Assembly: GCA_013265495.1 (NCBI GenBank)
Contig: MU061578.1
Span: 3,357,308 to 3,421,307 of the forward strand
Direction of reading: 5' to 3'
Length of the DNA stretch: 64,000 nucleotides
Source: Vicugna vicugna
Taxonomy: Eukaryota
Notes under the pieces: generated by a model
The model's database searches: none
What the model was told of the DNA's origin: nothing
What the model saw: the letters and a program-made list of their open reading frames with translations, nothing else
Translations under genes and position numbers: made by a program
Part shown: positions 45,561-57,000 of the stretch, one piece after another
Position numbering within the stretch: position 1 is the first letter of the stretch
How the letters are laid out: each line of letters starts with the position of its first letter

Positions 45561-48500
45561 GGCTCGGAGGGGCTCCAGGCGGCTGAGTCAGGTGCCCTGG
45601 CCGACCTTGGGCTGCGAGGGCCAAGGTTTGAGATGAGCTGCCGGGGATTCGCCCTGGAGGGCGGTAGCAAGGTGGCCCAGGAACTGGCTCTGGCCCTGGC
45701 CCACAGGAAGCCTACCTCTGCCCGCAGCGGGAGGCTGCCAACCCTGCGCTTGCAGAGCAGCTGGGGGAGAACTGCACGTGGTTCCCTCTGGCCCTGCCAG
45801 GCCACTGCTCTCCTGCCCTTCACCCCAAACACCCTGGCTGGGTGCAGAGACCCCCCGCAGATGCTCAGGGGTTGCTGGAGTTGTGGGTTTTCTACCTTTT
45901 CTGACCAATTTTGCTGTAGGAATCTCAGTCCAACCACTTACGCCTCCAAGTGACTGTGACCTGGAGGTCAGATCCCTCATCCTCCTAGGCTTAACCTTTA
46001 ACTTTTTGGCTCAGGCCCTGGCCTCTGGTTTCACTTATTCTGTGCAAGTCCTGGGCCCAGGGCTTTGGACCAAGCCCACCCAGGCCTGAGGACTCCTGCC
46101 TCCTGCCTGTGGGTGGTTGGAGGCAGCAGACTTAGGGCCCGTGAGGCAGCGCTGAGGCAGCCTTGGTACAACTTCCCAAGTCGAGGACAGACAGCTTCCA
46201 AGGCTGGCCAGGAGGTTAGGGGCAGTGTGCTGTTCCCTTCCCCCTCATTATTTATGCCCCGCTCAAGATGCTACAGGTGGGGGCAGTGTGTTGGGACCCT
46301 TCCAGGCTGAGGCCCTTCCCAGGGGCCTCCTGCAGGGAGCATGTTGACACTTTGAGGCTGGTCCTAGGGAAGAAAAGTTTCTAGGCCAGCCACAGGTGCC
46401 TCCTGGGAAGGGAGGTGAGTGGGACTTTGGGAGATACTACCCAGGACCGGGGCTGTGCTGTGACACTGCCCTGTGACATCAGACTTGGTCCTCACAGACA
46501 CCCTACCTCCCAGGGGAGGGAACAAGGCATAGGCGTGTAGCCACCCTGGTCACCCAGTCAGGGAGCCTCCCACTCTTTTACCTGGAGAAACCCATTGCCT
46601 TCTTCTCCACAGCTCCTTTGCTGGGGAATGGGGAAGGCAGGGTGCATCTGTGGCAGGGTCAGGGTGCTGGGGAGAGAGGTGGGAAAAGTTGTGCAGAGCC
46701 CTTAAGTTGCTGCAGCCAGCCAGGTCCCAGGGATTGGGGTGCTGGTGCTTGGCCCCACAGCCTGCCACAGTCCTGTGTGGTGCTGTGTCCTGCTAGCTGC
46801 AGAGGAGCTACGAGACAGGTCCCCTCTTCCTGCTGAGGTCACACCCCCTTCCCTAAGCTGCCCCCAGCAGGTCCTCCACAAGGGGGAGCCCCCACCCCAA
46901 TTCCTGAACCTTCTCAGGGGACCACCCTCTAAAATCACTTCACCCAGACTTGCCCGCGAAGAAGGGAGTGCTTGGTGCACCACCAACGCTCAGGTTCTGG
47001 TTGGGTACAGGTCTGGGTGCCACTCAACAGGCCACACGAATCTGTACCTCTGATGAGCTCTCGCTCCCAGCGAGAGAAAGATGAACAGAGTCGATATAAA
47101 CTCTCTGGGAGAAGATACCTGGGGCCATGTGACCACCTGATGGTGTGGGGAAAGATGGGCACATGGGCTGGTAGGGAAGGGGGCTTGGAAGCTCTACTGG
47201 GTTGTAGGCTTTGGGGTCAGATAAGCATACAGTTAAGTTCTGATACTGCCATCCAGTCACCACAGGTGACCTTGGAGAGGTCACTTTCCTGTTGAGCCCA
47301 GTTCCTGGGAGCCCAGTGGTCTACCTTGGTGGGTAGTGATGCAAATTAAGTCAGAGAATGCCCCTCTTGGCACTGAGCAGGGACTGGGGTGCTGTGGGAT
47401 GGGGCTAATAGTGTCCCTGGGAGCTGGCGCAGAACAGGGTGGGAGGTGGTGTTCCTCTGAAGGTGCACATAAGAGCCGTGCCCTTTCCCCTAGAGGGCTC
47501 GCAGAGTAGCCTTATGTAACTACCAGCCGGCGTTGGGCATGTGCCTGCCTGCTGGGGCCCCTTCTCAGCCCCCTCCAGGACACCATCTAGGTCCTTGTGA
47601 TTCATAGCTCTTGGCCCTAAGTCTTCCTTTTTTCCCTTTTATGATCTCTGGTCTCCAAATTTTCCTAGAGTTCACGGCCTTGCAGGGATTGAGGGAGCAG
47701 GTGAGGGGCCGTCCCAGTTGAGGACAACTCAGGCCTGAGAGGAGCCCTGCCCCTCTACATTCTCTATGGCCACGACCCTGTCAGCCTGGAGCTGGTGGGA
47801 CCGGTGCCCCTCAAGATGCTCCTCTTTATTTTAGTGCCCCTCTCAACTGAGGAGGAACCCCGAGCGGCGGTGGGGCACCTGAGCCCAGGATGGCGAGCAG
47901 GCCGGCGGGACCGCGAGTGCCTGGCGGAGTGGCACGTGCAGCCCAGGACTCCCGGCTCCCACCTCCTGCTGTAGGTGTGGGCCCTGTTCCCTCCATGGCC
48001 CTATCCCGAGCTTCATGTGTATAGGGCTGGGCCAGGTGCCACCAGCCAGGGCAGCCCATCAATGCCCTGGGCCTGGCTGGCTGGGATGGGCCCAGTGGCC
48101 ACCTAGACATTGAATGCCCACCAGGCTTAGCTCCAGCACCCAGGACCATCTCCTCACTCAGCATTCCTGCCCCTGTGAGCAAGAGAATAGCCCCTTGTCT
48201 GGGGCCTGCAGGGATGGGCCAGGGTTGCAGTCACACCCTCCCCATTCAGGATGGCCCACTTTGCACTTGATGCTGTTGGGCCAGACCAGAGCTGTCCCTT
48301 GGGGCTCTTCCCTGCGGGGCCTGGGGCAGCCAGGAGAGGGAATGGCAAAGGCCACCAGCTTTTGCTTGGGAGCTTCCTCCCACATTGGGGGTGTCGTGAG
48401 ATGGAGAGGCTTCTGTTGGGGAGAAAGGACCAAGAACTGTGCTTGGTGGGTGGGGTGGGGCCAGGTGACTCAGGGCAGAACCTGGGCTGCTGGGGGCCTG

Positions 48501-49639
48501 GCTGGTCCAGGGGAGGTGGGAGGCAAGTGGCCATGGGGGTTCCTGAGAGACCCTTGGGAGGCAGCCTATGTGCCTTGAGTCCAGAACTCTGCTAGGGATC
48601 TGGGACACAGAGCTCCCCGCACCCTCACCTGCAGTCTTGGGCCTGCCTCAGGGCTGGGGGCTGCAGGTATGAGCCGAGCTGCTGGGGGCACAGGCCTGCA
48701 GGGGAAAGGCCTGGGCTACTGTCTGTGCATGTAGCTTCCCTGGGGTTCAGGGAAGTGCCCAGGTTGAGCTTGGCCAAGGGGTGGTGGGTGTGGCCTGAGG
48801 CTTCTCCCGGAGCTCTGCCAGGTAGCACCTGGCTTGAAACAGTTGCTGACCGTCTCCTCCCCCTTCCTGCAGTCCAGGGCCGAGGCTTGTGTTCAATCGG
48901 GTGAATGGCCGGCGGCCCCCTGCCACATCCCCATCCCTCGAGGGTACCCAGGAGACCTACACACTGGCCCACGAGGAGAACGTCCGGTTTGTGTCCGAAG
49001 GTAGTGTTGAGGTCCGAGGCTGTGGCCTGGACTACTCGTCCTCTTCCCACTGTAACCTGACTCGAAGTGGCCAGAGAGCTGGGCTGTTCCTAGGCTGTTG
49101 GCCTGTTTATCTACCCAGCAGGCTGCCCACTCCCAGTTCTGGGCTGGGGTCCAGGGTGGCCACCAGGCCCTGGGGCGGGAGACAGGGTGCCAGGGGCCTG
49201 GCTCAGCCTGACCATCTTCTCCCCACAGCCTGGCAGCAAGTGGAGCAGCAGCTGGGTGGTGGCCCAGCCGGTGAGAGTGGGCCGAGGCCTGTGCAGTATG
49301 TGGAGAAGACTCCCAACCCCCGACTGCAGAGTGAGCCCTCCCCCGTCCTCAGGGAGTCCCCTCCACCTCCTCCAACCCTGACCTGGGCTCAGCCAGGCTT
49401 TAATCCCAGGGGATCGGGAAGAGGACTAGAGCTTGACCTGATTCTTCCCAGTGTCTGCTACATTTGTGGTCTGGGGGATGTACCTGTGGTCAGCTCAAGA
49501 GGGTGGGGCTGGAGGGATGCTGGTGGTCTGGGAGGTGCATCACCACCCAGCCTTTTACTCTCCCACAGACTTCGTGCCCATTGACCTGGATGAGTGGTGG
49601 GCACAGCAGTTCCTGGCCAGAATCACCAACTGTTCCTAG
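45005..49639 (+). CDS. MCRIP2: MAPK-regulated corepressor-interacting protein 2 (FAM195A), 156 aa
   Basis: Exons 45005-45056 (MYTITKGPSKLVAQRRT), 45159-45276, 48873-49000 (RLVFNRVNGRR...HEENVRFVSE), 49229-49330 (WQQVEQQL...NPRLQ), 49569-49639 (FVPIDLDEWWAQQFLARITNCS*). Total 471 nt, all GT-AG, phases consistent. Confidence 0.97.
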
Positions 49640-49937
49640 TCGCAGCCTCAGAAGGAATGCTGCCTGTGCAGGGCCTGGCCCTGCCCCACGCTGGACCCTC
49701 TGCCAGGAGAGGACCACGGTGCCCTGTCTACCCACGGCGGCAGGCCGTGCTTCACTCTGGGCCTGGCCAGGCGCCAGCCACACCTGAAGTGCCAGCATTT
49801 GGACTTTTGCACTTGCTGACCCCTTGGCCCAGCTGTTCCAGGCTGCCAGGGACCAGGGGCTGAACCTGACTGACCTCAGTCCTGCTCACTGTGCCCGGGG
49901 ACCAGCCCGTGGGGCTGGTGGGGAGGAGCTCCAGGCT

Positions 49938-49943
49938 AATAAA
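49938..49943 (+). terminator. MCRIP2: MCRIP2 polyA signal AATAAA
   Basis: ctaataaagtt about 300 nt after the stop. Confidence 0.75.
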
Positions 49944-50689
49944 GTTAAGAAACTGCCCTTAGGGAGAAACCTTTACTTGGTAGGGGGGATGGGAGGCCCA
50001 TTGTGTCCCAGTACCAGGTCCAGCCCAAACTTCCCTTGAGGCCTCATCTCCCCAAGGCTTAAGTTTTGTCCAACTCTGGCCTTTGGCCTCTTACCCAGAC
50101 CTCCTGTGTTCTGGACCAGGTCATTTTGTATGGAAGCCTGTGGATACCACCCTGCCCCACCTGACACCCACTTCCCCTTCCTCCTCTTGTTGGCATTGGC
50201 AAGTGTCTGAACCTGGCCTCAAGATGGGAGAGATGTTACATAACTGGTCCTGGGATGGGGTCCTAGTTACCCAGGATGGGGGCCAGGTCTCAGAAATGCC
50301 TGGTGCTGACTCTGAATCCCCCAGGTCTGGCTGTGGGACAGTGGGTGAAGCTGTCCCGCAGGTTGGGAGGGAGCCCTTGGGGTCCTGTGGGATACTGCTT
50401 TGCCTGGGGGGCAAGGTGACCTTTGGGTGCGGTTGACACAGGATGAAGTGTTAGTACCCCTATTGTGGACGCTGCCTATAGAGAGCTAGGAAACAGGGTA
50501 GGTGTGGAACGACCCCTGCCAAGCGCAGCCCACAGTTTTTGGAGTGCGTCTCATTCCCAATATAAAGATGGGCCCCACAGAGAGTTAGGAACGTCTCTGG
50601 GTCCCACAGCGGGTCGTGCAGGAGCCTCCCCACGGGGTCCCGGCTTGGGACTGGCTGCAGAGGCCAGGCGGCAGAGGCACCTTCCGGTA

Positions 50690-51017
50690 GCGGAGAGGTA
50701 GTGGCCTGCCAAGGTCCTGGGGCGTCCCGGGAGGCTGCAGGTGAGGAGGATGTTCCGCCCGCTGCGTAGTCACGTGTCCGGTCCAGCCCCGCTGCGGTCA
50801 CGTGCCAAGCCAACCCCCCCCCCTTCGCCGCCGCGCGGTCACGTGTCACCCTGTCCCGTCGGGTCACGCGCCAGGCCCCGCCCCTGAGGCGCGGTCACGT
50901 GCCCTGCGCCGTGACGGCAGAAGTGGCGCCGTTGCTAGGCGGCCGTTGCTAGGCGCACGCTGCGTGCTTTGCGTCGGGAGCGCGGCGTCAGAGGCGGGAA
51001 GCGCGAGCGGCGGCGCC
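50690..51017 (+). promoter_or_regulatory. WDR90: WDR90 CpG-island promoter with an E-box array and tandem RFX-like sites
   Basis: GTCACGTG at 50769, 50797, 50838 and 50894; GTCACGCG at 50863; GCCGTTGCTAGGCG twice at 50928-50955. Confidence 0.85.
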
Positions 51018-54000
51018 ATGGCGCGAGGTAACGGCGCGCGGCTGGCGGGCTGGGGGCCGGGGTCTAGGGTCCGAGGTCCGGCGCTGCCGCGGACAGGCTG
51101 GTGCAGAGACTTGTGCGGAGCCCAGTACGCGCGCTGTGCTTGCTGTCATCGCTGGGGAGCGCGCAGACCCTGCCCCAGCCCCTCCCTGGTCCCTTGATGG
51201 GTCTGGCACCTGGGAGCAGGTCGTCATGTCTCCGTATCCCCCAGCGTGGCAGCACCCGTTCCTCAACGTCTTCAGACACTTCAAGGTGGATGAGTGGAAG
51301 CGGTCCACTAAGGAGGGCGACGTGGCGCCCGTGACGGTATGTGGGCCAGGACACCTGGCAGCGGGAGCCGGAGGCCTCCTCTCCTGGGACGCTTTGCTGC
51401 ATCTCCCCTGGCGCTCCCTAGGTCTCTTCGGGACACCGCGCCTCTCATGTCTCTCTCCAGGACAAGACCCTGAAGTGCACCGTGTATCGAGTTCGGGGCT
51501 CTGTTTCTGCTGGCAATTACATCCAGCTCCCCAAAACCAGCACTCAGTCACTGGGGCTGACAGGACGATACCTGTACGTGCTCTTTCGGCCCTTGCCCAC
51601 CAAGCACTTCATCATTCACCTGGATGTGTCCACTGAGGTGCTAAGCTGGGGAGCAGGGGCTGCCTCTGGGGACCCTGCACTACTGTTGCCTCAACTTTTC
51701 ACGGCTGTATTGTGTCCCCACAGGACAGTCAGGTCATCCGAGTGTCCTTCTCCAATCTCTTCAAAGAATTCAAATCAACAGCCACGTGGCTTCAGTTCCC
51801 TTTTATCTTTGAGGCTGGGAGGTCCAGGAAAGGTAATACACCGATAGGGCATGAATGGGACACAGACGGTCTGAGACAGGCAGCTAGAAAGCCCAGGGGG
51901 CGGTGGGGCAGGCTCCCTCTTGAATGGCCAGGGGCAGCCTGGGTTGGGGGGCAGGTGGCTGTGGCCATAGACGTAGGGCCAGGCCAAGGACAGAGAGTGC
52001 TGTGGGCTGGCTGGTGAAAGAGTAGACGCTGACCTCGGTTTGTGTCCTGTAGACCTGGCAGGTATGATCCCTGCCGGTACCCGCTGGACCTGCCTGCAGC
52101 TCGACCTGCATGACATCCTCCTGGTCTACCTGAACCGGTGCTACAGTCACCTCAAGAGCATCAGGCTGTGTGCCAACCTGCTAGTTAGGAACCTCTACAC
52201 CAGTGACCTGTGCTTTGACCCAGGTACGGGCTACCCTCCACGCCCTGTGTTTAGCCTGCCACCCGCCTGCTCCAGTGACTCTCTGTATGTTGGCCTCCCC
52301 ACCCTCCTTCCCCCCAGGTTCTCAGCCCAGAAGGGGTCCACATCCCTGATACTTGATGAAATACCACCTTGGAGCCTCCTAGCTCCCGAGGCACCCATTG
52401 AGGAAGGTGGTGGCTGGGCCGGTGGCTGAGCAATACCCTGCCAGCACCCGGTGTCGAGTCTTGCCTGGGCTGGGAAAGTGAGCTGGGTGGGCTTCCCTGG
52501 ACCTGGAAAAACTCCACTTTTCGTAGCTGTCACCATTGCTGAAGCCCGGAGGGCAAAGCTGCCTGTCACCCCTGTACCTCGAGAAATGGCATTCCCAGTG
52601 CCAAAAGGGGAGAGGTGGCATGACCACTACATTCACATCCGGTGAGCGGCTCTGCTTGTTCTGAGGGAGGCTGGGTGCAGGGAGGGCAGGGTGGTCCCTG
52701 GGAACTGACTCTCCCTCCACCCTGCCAAGGTTTCCAAGTGACAGCTCAGAACCATTCTCCGAACCGGTTCAGAAGAGCTGTTCCCTTCCTGAGGCAGGTG
52801 GGCCTGTGGGGCCACTGGGGACCTAGGTTCAGGCCTGCAGGGCCCATGGAGCTCAGTGGGAGAGGGAGGCCTGATGCTGCATCTGGGGAGGTGAACTCAG
52901 CAGAGTGGTGCTTGCAAGGGAGGCTGTCCCAAAGTCCCAGAGCAGTGTGGGAGGGTCTGATTAGGGCACCTAGTGGCCTCAAACTTTCCATCTGGGAAGG
53001 GGTGCTGGGGCCCAGGGTAGGGTGGTGGGCTACAGCAGTTGATGTGGCTTTCCTCTTGCAAGTGGGCAAGGCTGTGGCCCACTGCTGCCTTCCTTCCCAG
53101 TGCCTTGTGGCCCCATTCTCGCAGGCCTGTCTGCACTCTCCTCAGTGAGCTTTGCGGTCCCTTCTGCATTGTAGTCTTACCGGGGCATGTGCCGCAGCTT
53201 CTTCCTCATCCGGTGGCCTTCAGCAAGCAAGTACAGGACAGTGTGTCCTTCAAGGTCCAGAAGCTTGGCCCTACAGCCGTGAGTACCCTTTGCCTTGGGA
53301 GATGTGGCAAGGGGTGATGCCCCCAGGGTGCTGACAGGCACCTTTCTCTCTGCAGTCCCGCTGGGCCCCTTCGGCACCCAGACCCCTTCCAGAAGTCACC
53401 CTGTCCTGTGAGTGCTCAGTGGTCTCCAGTGTGGATGGCCCTAGTGGCCATTGCCAAGAGCCCTTCCCCTGGGTTGACAAACATGCAGCTGGCGACAGTG
53501 TTCACATATCTGCTCATAAGCCTGCTGTGGAGCCTGCGGCCCCAGAACATACAACCTCACAAGAGGTGAGGTGCCTGTCCTAAGGAAGGTGGGGGCTGGG
53601 CTGTGCCTTCAAGGGGGTGGGGATTTGATGATGTATGGATAGTGAGCTGCTGGGCCCTAGCGTACCCAGAATATGCGTGGGCCAGATAGTTCCTTGTGAC
53701 AGTTGCTTCTCATTCAGTTTCTTGGCAGAAAGCAGAACCAACAAGAGGTGGCTGTGGGCAAGAATCGCTTTCAACAAAGAGTAAGGAGGTGGTCTGTGGG
53801 GGGCATCTCAGGCTCTAGGCTGGGGCAGGACCCTGGGTACTAGAGGGTCTGGCACTGTGGCTGGCATCTTGGCTTCCTGCCACAGAGCAGCTGGCAGATG
53901 CCACCAGGACCTAGTGGCTTTCTTGGGAGGGAGGAAGCAGCTCTGGGTGGAGCAGCCTTGGTGAGACAGGGGTCTTGCTACATGGGGTCTAACTGTGAGT

Positions 54001-57000
54001 TTACCTCTTTCAGAGCTTCCTGCCAGATCCAGTTCTGAGGCTCAAGGGGGTCATCGGCTTTGGAGGTTACAGCACCAAATGGGTGAGGGGTCCCGTGCTC
54101 CTGTTGGGTCCTACAAGTGTCAGACATGCAGAGGGGCAGTGGGAAGACCCCCACTGGACGTCTGAGTTCCCCCAGGTGTTGGCTCCCTTCATTGCTGTGG
54201 ACGCCCATCCCTGCCCAGATCTGTACATGCTCAGTGCTTCCTCAGTGTGATGACTTCCAGTTGCAGGCATCTGTTCCCTTGTGTTGTAAACACTGAGTCA
54301 GTGCTGGTCCAAATGCTTGAGCTTCCAGAGACCTGAGAGCTCTCGTACGTCCTTTCAAGCTTTGGTGCGTGTTATCCAGCCAGGATCCAGACCAGCCATG
54401 TGGGCTCAGGTGTGGGTGAGACTTGCAGGTCCCTGCGGGGGCAGCAGGCCCTCCTGGATGTGGGCTTTCAGTCTTTGTAGGCTCTCTGGCCTTTTGTTAC
54501 CTGCACCCCAAAATTTCTCATGTTGCAAACAGGGCTAAGAGGAAGCTCTAAACGTGCACACACGTGTGCATCCCGTTGACTCCTGTGTGTATGACTTGGA
54601 GGAATGCAGAGGTAGGGGGATGAGGCCAGCCAGCCTGTGACCTCAGCCTCTGGCCTATGTATGCAGGCCCTGTGGACCCGGGATGGGGCTGCTGTCGTGT
54701 ACCCTTGCCATGCGGTCATTGTCATCCTGCATGTCAACACCCGGGAGCAGCGTCTATTCCTTGGCCACACAGACAAGGTGGGCACACCTCCCACCCGCCC
54801 CAGCCCAAGGGTGGCTAGCATCTGCAGGCATGTGCCCTCCCCAAACCTGCTGCCTCGCCAGGTCTCTGCCCTGGCCCTGGATGGGAGCGGCTTACTGCTG
54901 GCCTCAGCCCAGGCGCGGCCTGCCAGCATGCTGCGCCTTTGGGACTTCCAGACTGGGGAGTGCCTGTCCCTGTTCCAGAGCCCAGTCCTCACCATCTCCT
55001 CCCTCAGGTGGGTGCAGGGCCTCCAAGGCGGGTGGGGGCCGGCCCCAACAACACTGACCACCTCCTCTGTGTCTGCAGCTTCTCGGACAGCGGGGCGCAG
55101 CTCTGTGGCATCGGCAAGGACCGCCATGGGCGGACGGTACTGGGGCCGGGCCAGGGAGGTGGAGCCACCTGTTCCAGGGTACAAGCTGAGTCCAAACTGC
55201 TTAGGGAACAAGCATCCCCCGCTGACCTCCCCCAGCCCCACTGGGCACCCCTGCCCCACACATCCTTTGGAGTTTCTCGGTTTTTATTCCCTCCTGGACG
55301 GAGCGAACCTTTTAATGACTCACCTCACCCTCTTTGGTGGCTGGTTCTGCAGGCCTGAGACAGCCGTGTTATATGTGTCAGCTTCTCTGAAGTTGGGTGT
55401 CTCACCCAGGGCTTCTTTTCTACTTGTGGTTGGCATCTTTTTCTCGTTTCTGCAGATGTGTCTGTGGGAGCCTGGGGTGGGCACATGTAAAGTTCCTCCA
55501 GGCTGTGGGGGCTGACTTCCTTACACCCTGCTCCTTGAAGGCTCGGGCCAGCTTTGTAGGGAGAGGCCAGACAGGGAGGCGGACAAGTGAGTGGGTGCTC
55601 AACGTGGGCCTGTTGCAGATGGTGGTGGCGTGGGCCACAGACCAGGTGGGGCGAGGTGGAGAGGCTGTCATTCTCGCGAAGGCACACACCGATGTTGACA
55701 TCCAGGCATTTGAGGTTGCCTTTTTTGATGAAACCAGGTGACCAGCTGCCCACCTGCCTACCCTTGGTGCTGGGATGGGCCAAGTCATGAGCCCTCCCCT
55801 TCTACCTGACTCACCCTCTCACCCCTTGCAGGATGGCATCGTGCGGCCGGGGCAGTGTGCGGCTGTGGCGGCTGCGAGGCGGGGAGCTGCGCTCCTGCCC
55901 TGTGGACCTGGGGGAGCACCATGCACTGGAGTTCACTGACCTGGCCTTTAGGCAGGCCCAGGACGGCCACACACTGTGAGCACTGCCCTCCCTCCCCTAA
56001 CCAGCCAGGTGGGGTCCTGCTCCTTCCTGCCTTGTTAGCTCTCACCTGTTACCTCTCCAAACAGCTATGTGTGTAGCCGCAGTGGCCACATCCTAGAGAT
56101 TGACCACCAGCACATGGCCGTGCGGCATGCTCACCGCCTCCTGCCCATGCAGACCCCTGGTGGCCCCCTTCCACAGAAGCAGACCTTCAGTTCAGGTAGG
56201 TGGGCCCCACTGTGTTTGGGGGAACAGCCCTGATGCTTTGGGCTGACCCTGCATCCCCACACCCCAGGCCCTGGCATCGCCATTACCAGCCTCAGTGTCT
56301 CCCAGGCCATGTGTGCCGTGGGCTCCGAGGATGGCTACCTGCGCCTCTGGCCCCTGGACTTCTCTTCTGTGCTCTTGGAGGCAGGTGGGGCTGTGGTAAC
56401 ACATTGCCACCTGGGTTGCCATAGGAGGGCAGTGTCTCTGGGCTGGATGGCAATATGTGGGGCTCAAAGGGGCCACATCCTGAGCCTGGGGTCCACTGTT
56501 GCTGAGCCTAGGAGTGGGTGGTCATGGGGGAGCTGCCTGTCCCAACCCACAGGGAGACAGGGCTCCAGACAGCAGGAAAAGAGGTTCGTCTGTGTCCTGG
56601 GAGGGGGTGCAGCCTGGATGTGGTTAGCCTGCCCAAGTTGGCCCCGGTGCCAAGCCCACCCCACTTCAGGCCTGGGTGGTCACTGGCCCATCCTGCCCAC
56701 AGAGCATGAGGGCCCCATCAGCTCCGTCCTCGTCAGCCCTAATGGCCTGCGTGTGCTGTCCACCACTTCCTTGGGCCACCTGGGCTTCCTAGATGTCCAT
56801 TCCCAGGAGTACAGTGTGCTGGTACGGTCCCATGCTGCCCTGGTGGTGGCCCTGGCCACTGACTGCAGCCGGGGACAGCTGGCCACTGTGTCCCAGGACC
56901 ACACTGTCCGCATCTGGGATCTGGCGACCCTGCAGCAGGTAGGGTGTGATGGGAGGGGAGTTGGCCAGGAGGGAGGGACTAGAGGGCCACAGTCCACGTG

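Noticed and set aside
44527-45624. 365-aa minus-strand ORF over the MCRIP2 promoter
   Set aside because: Same GC-island artefact, antisense to real exons.
47890-47974. ATG-initiated alternative first coding exon of MCRIP2
   Set aside because: It would end in phase 1, while exon 3 needs phase 2; kept only as a possible regulatory patch.
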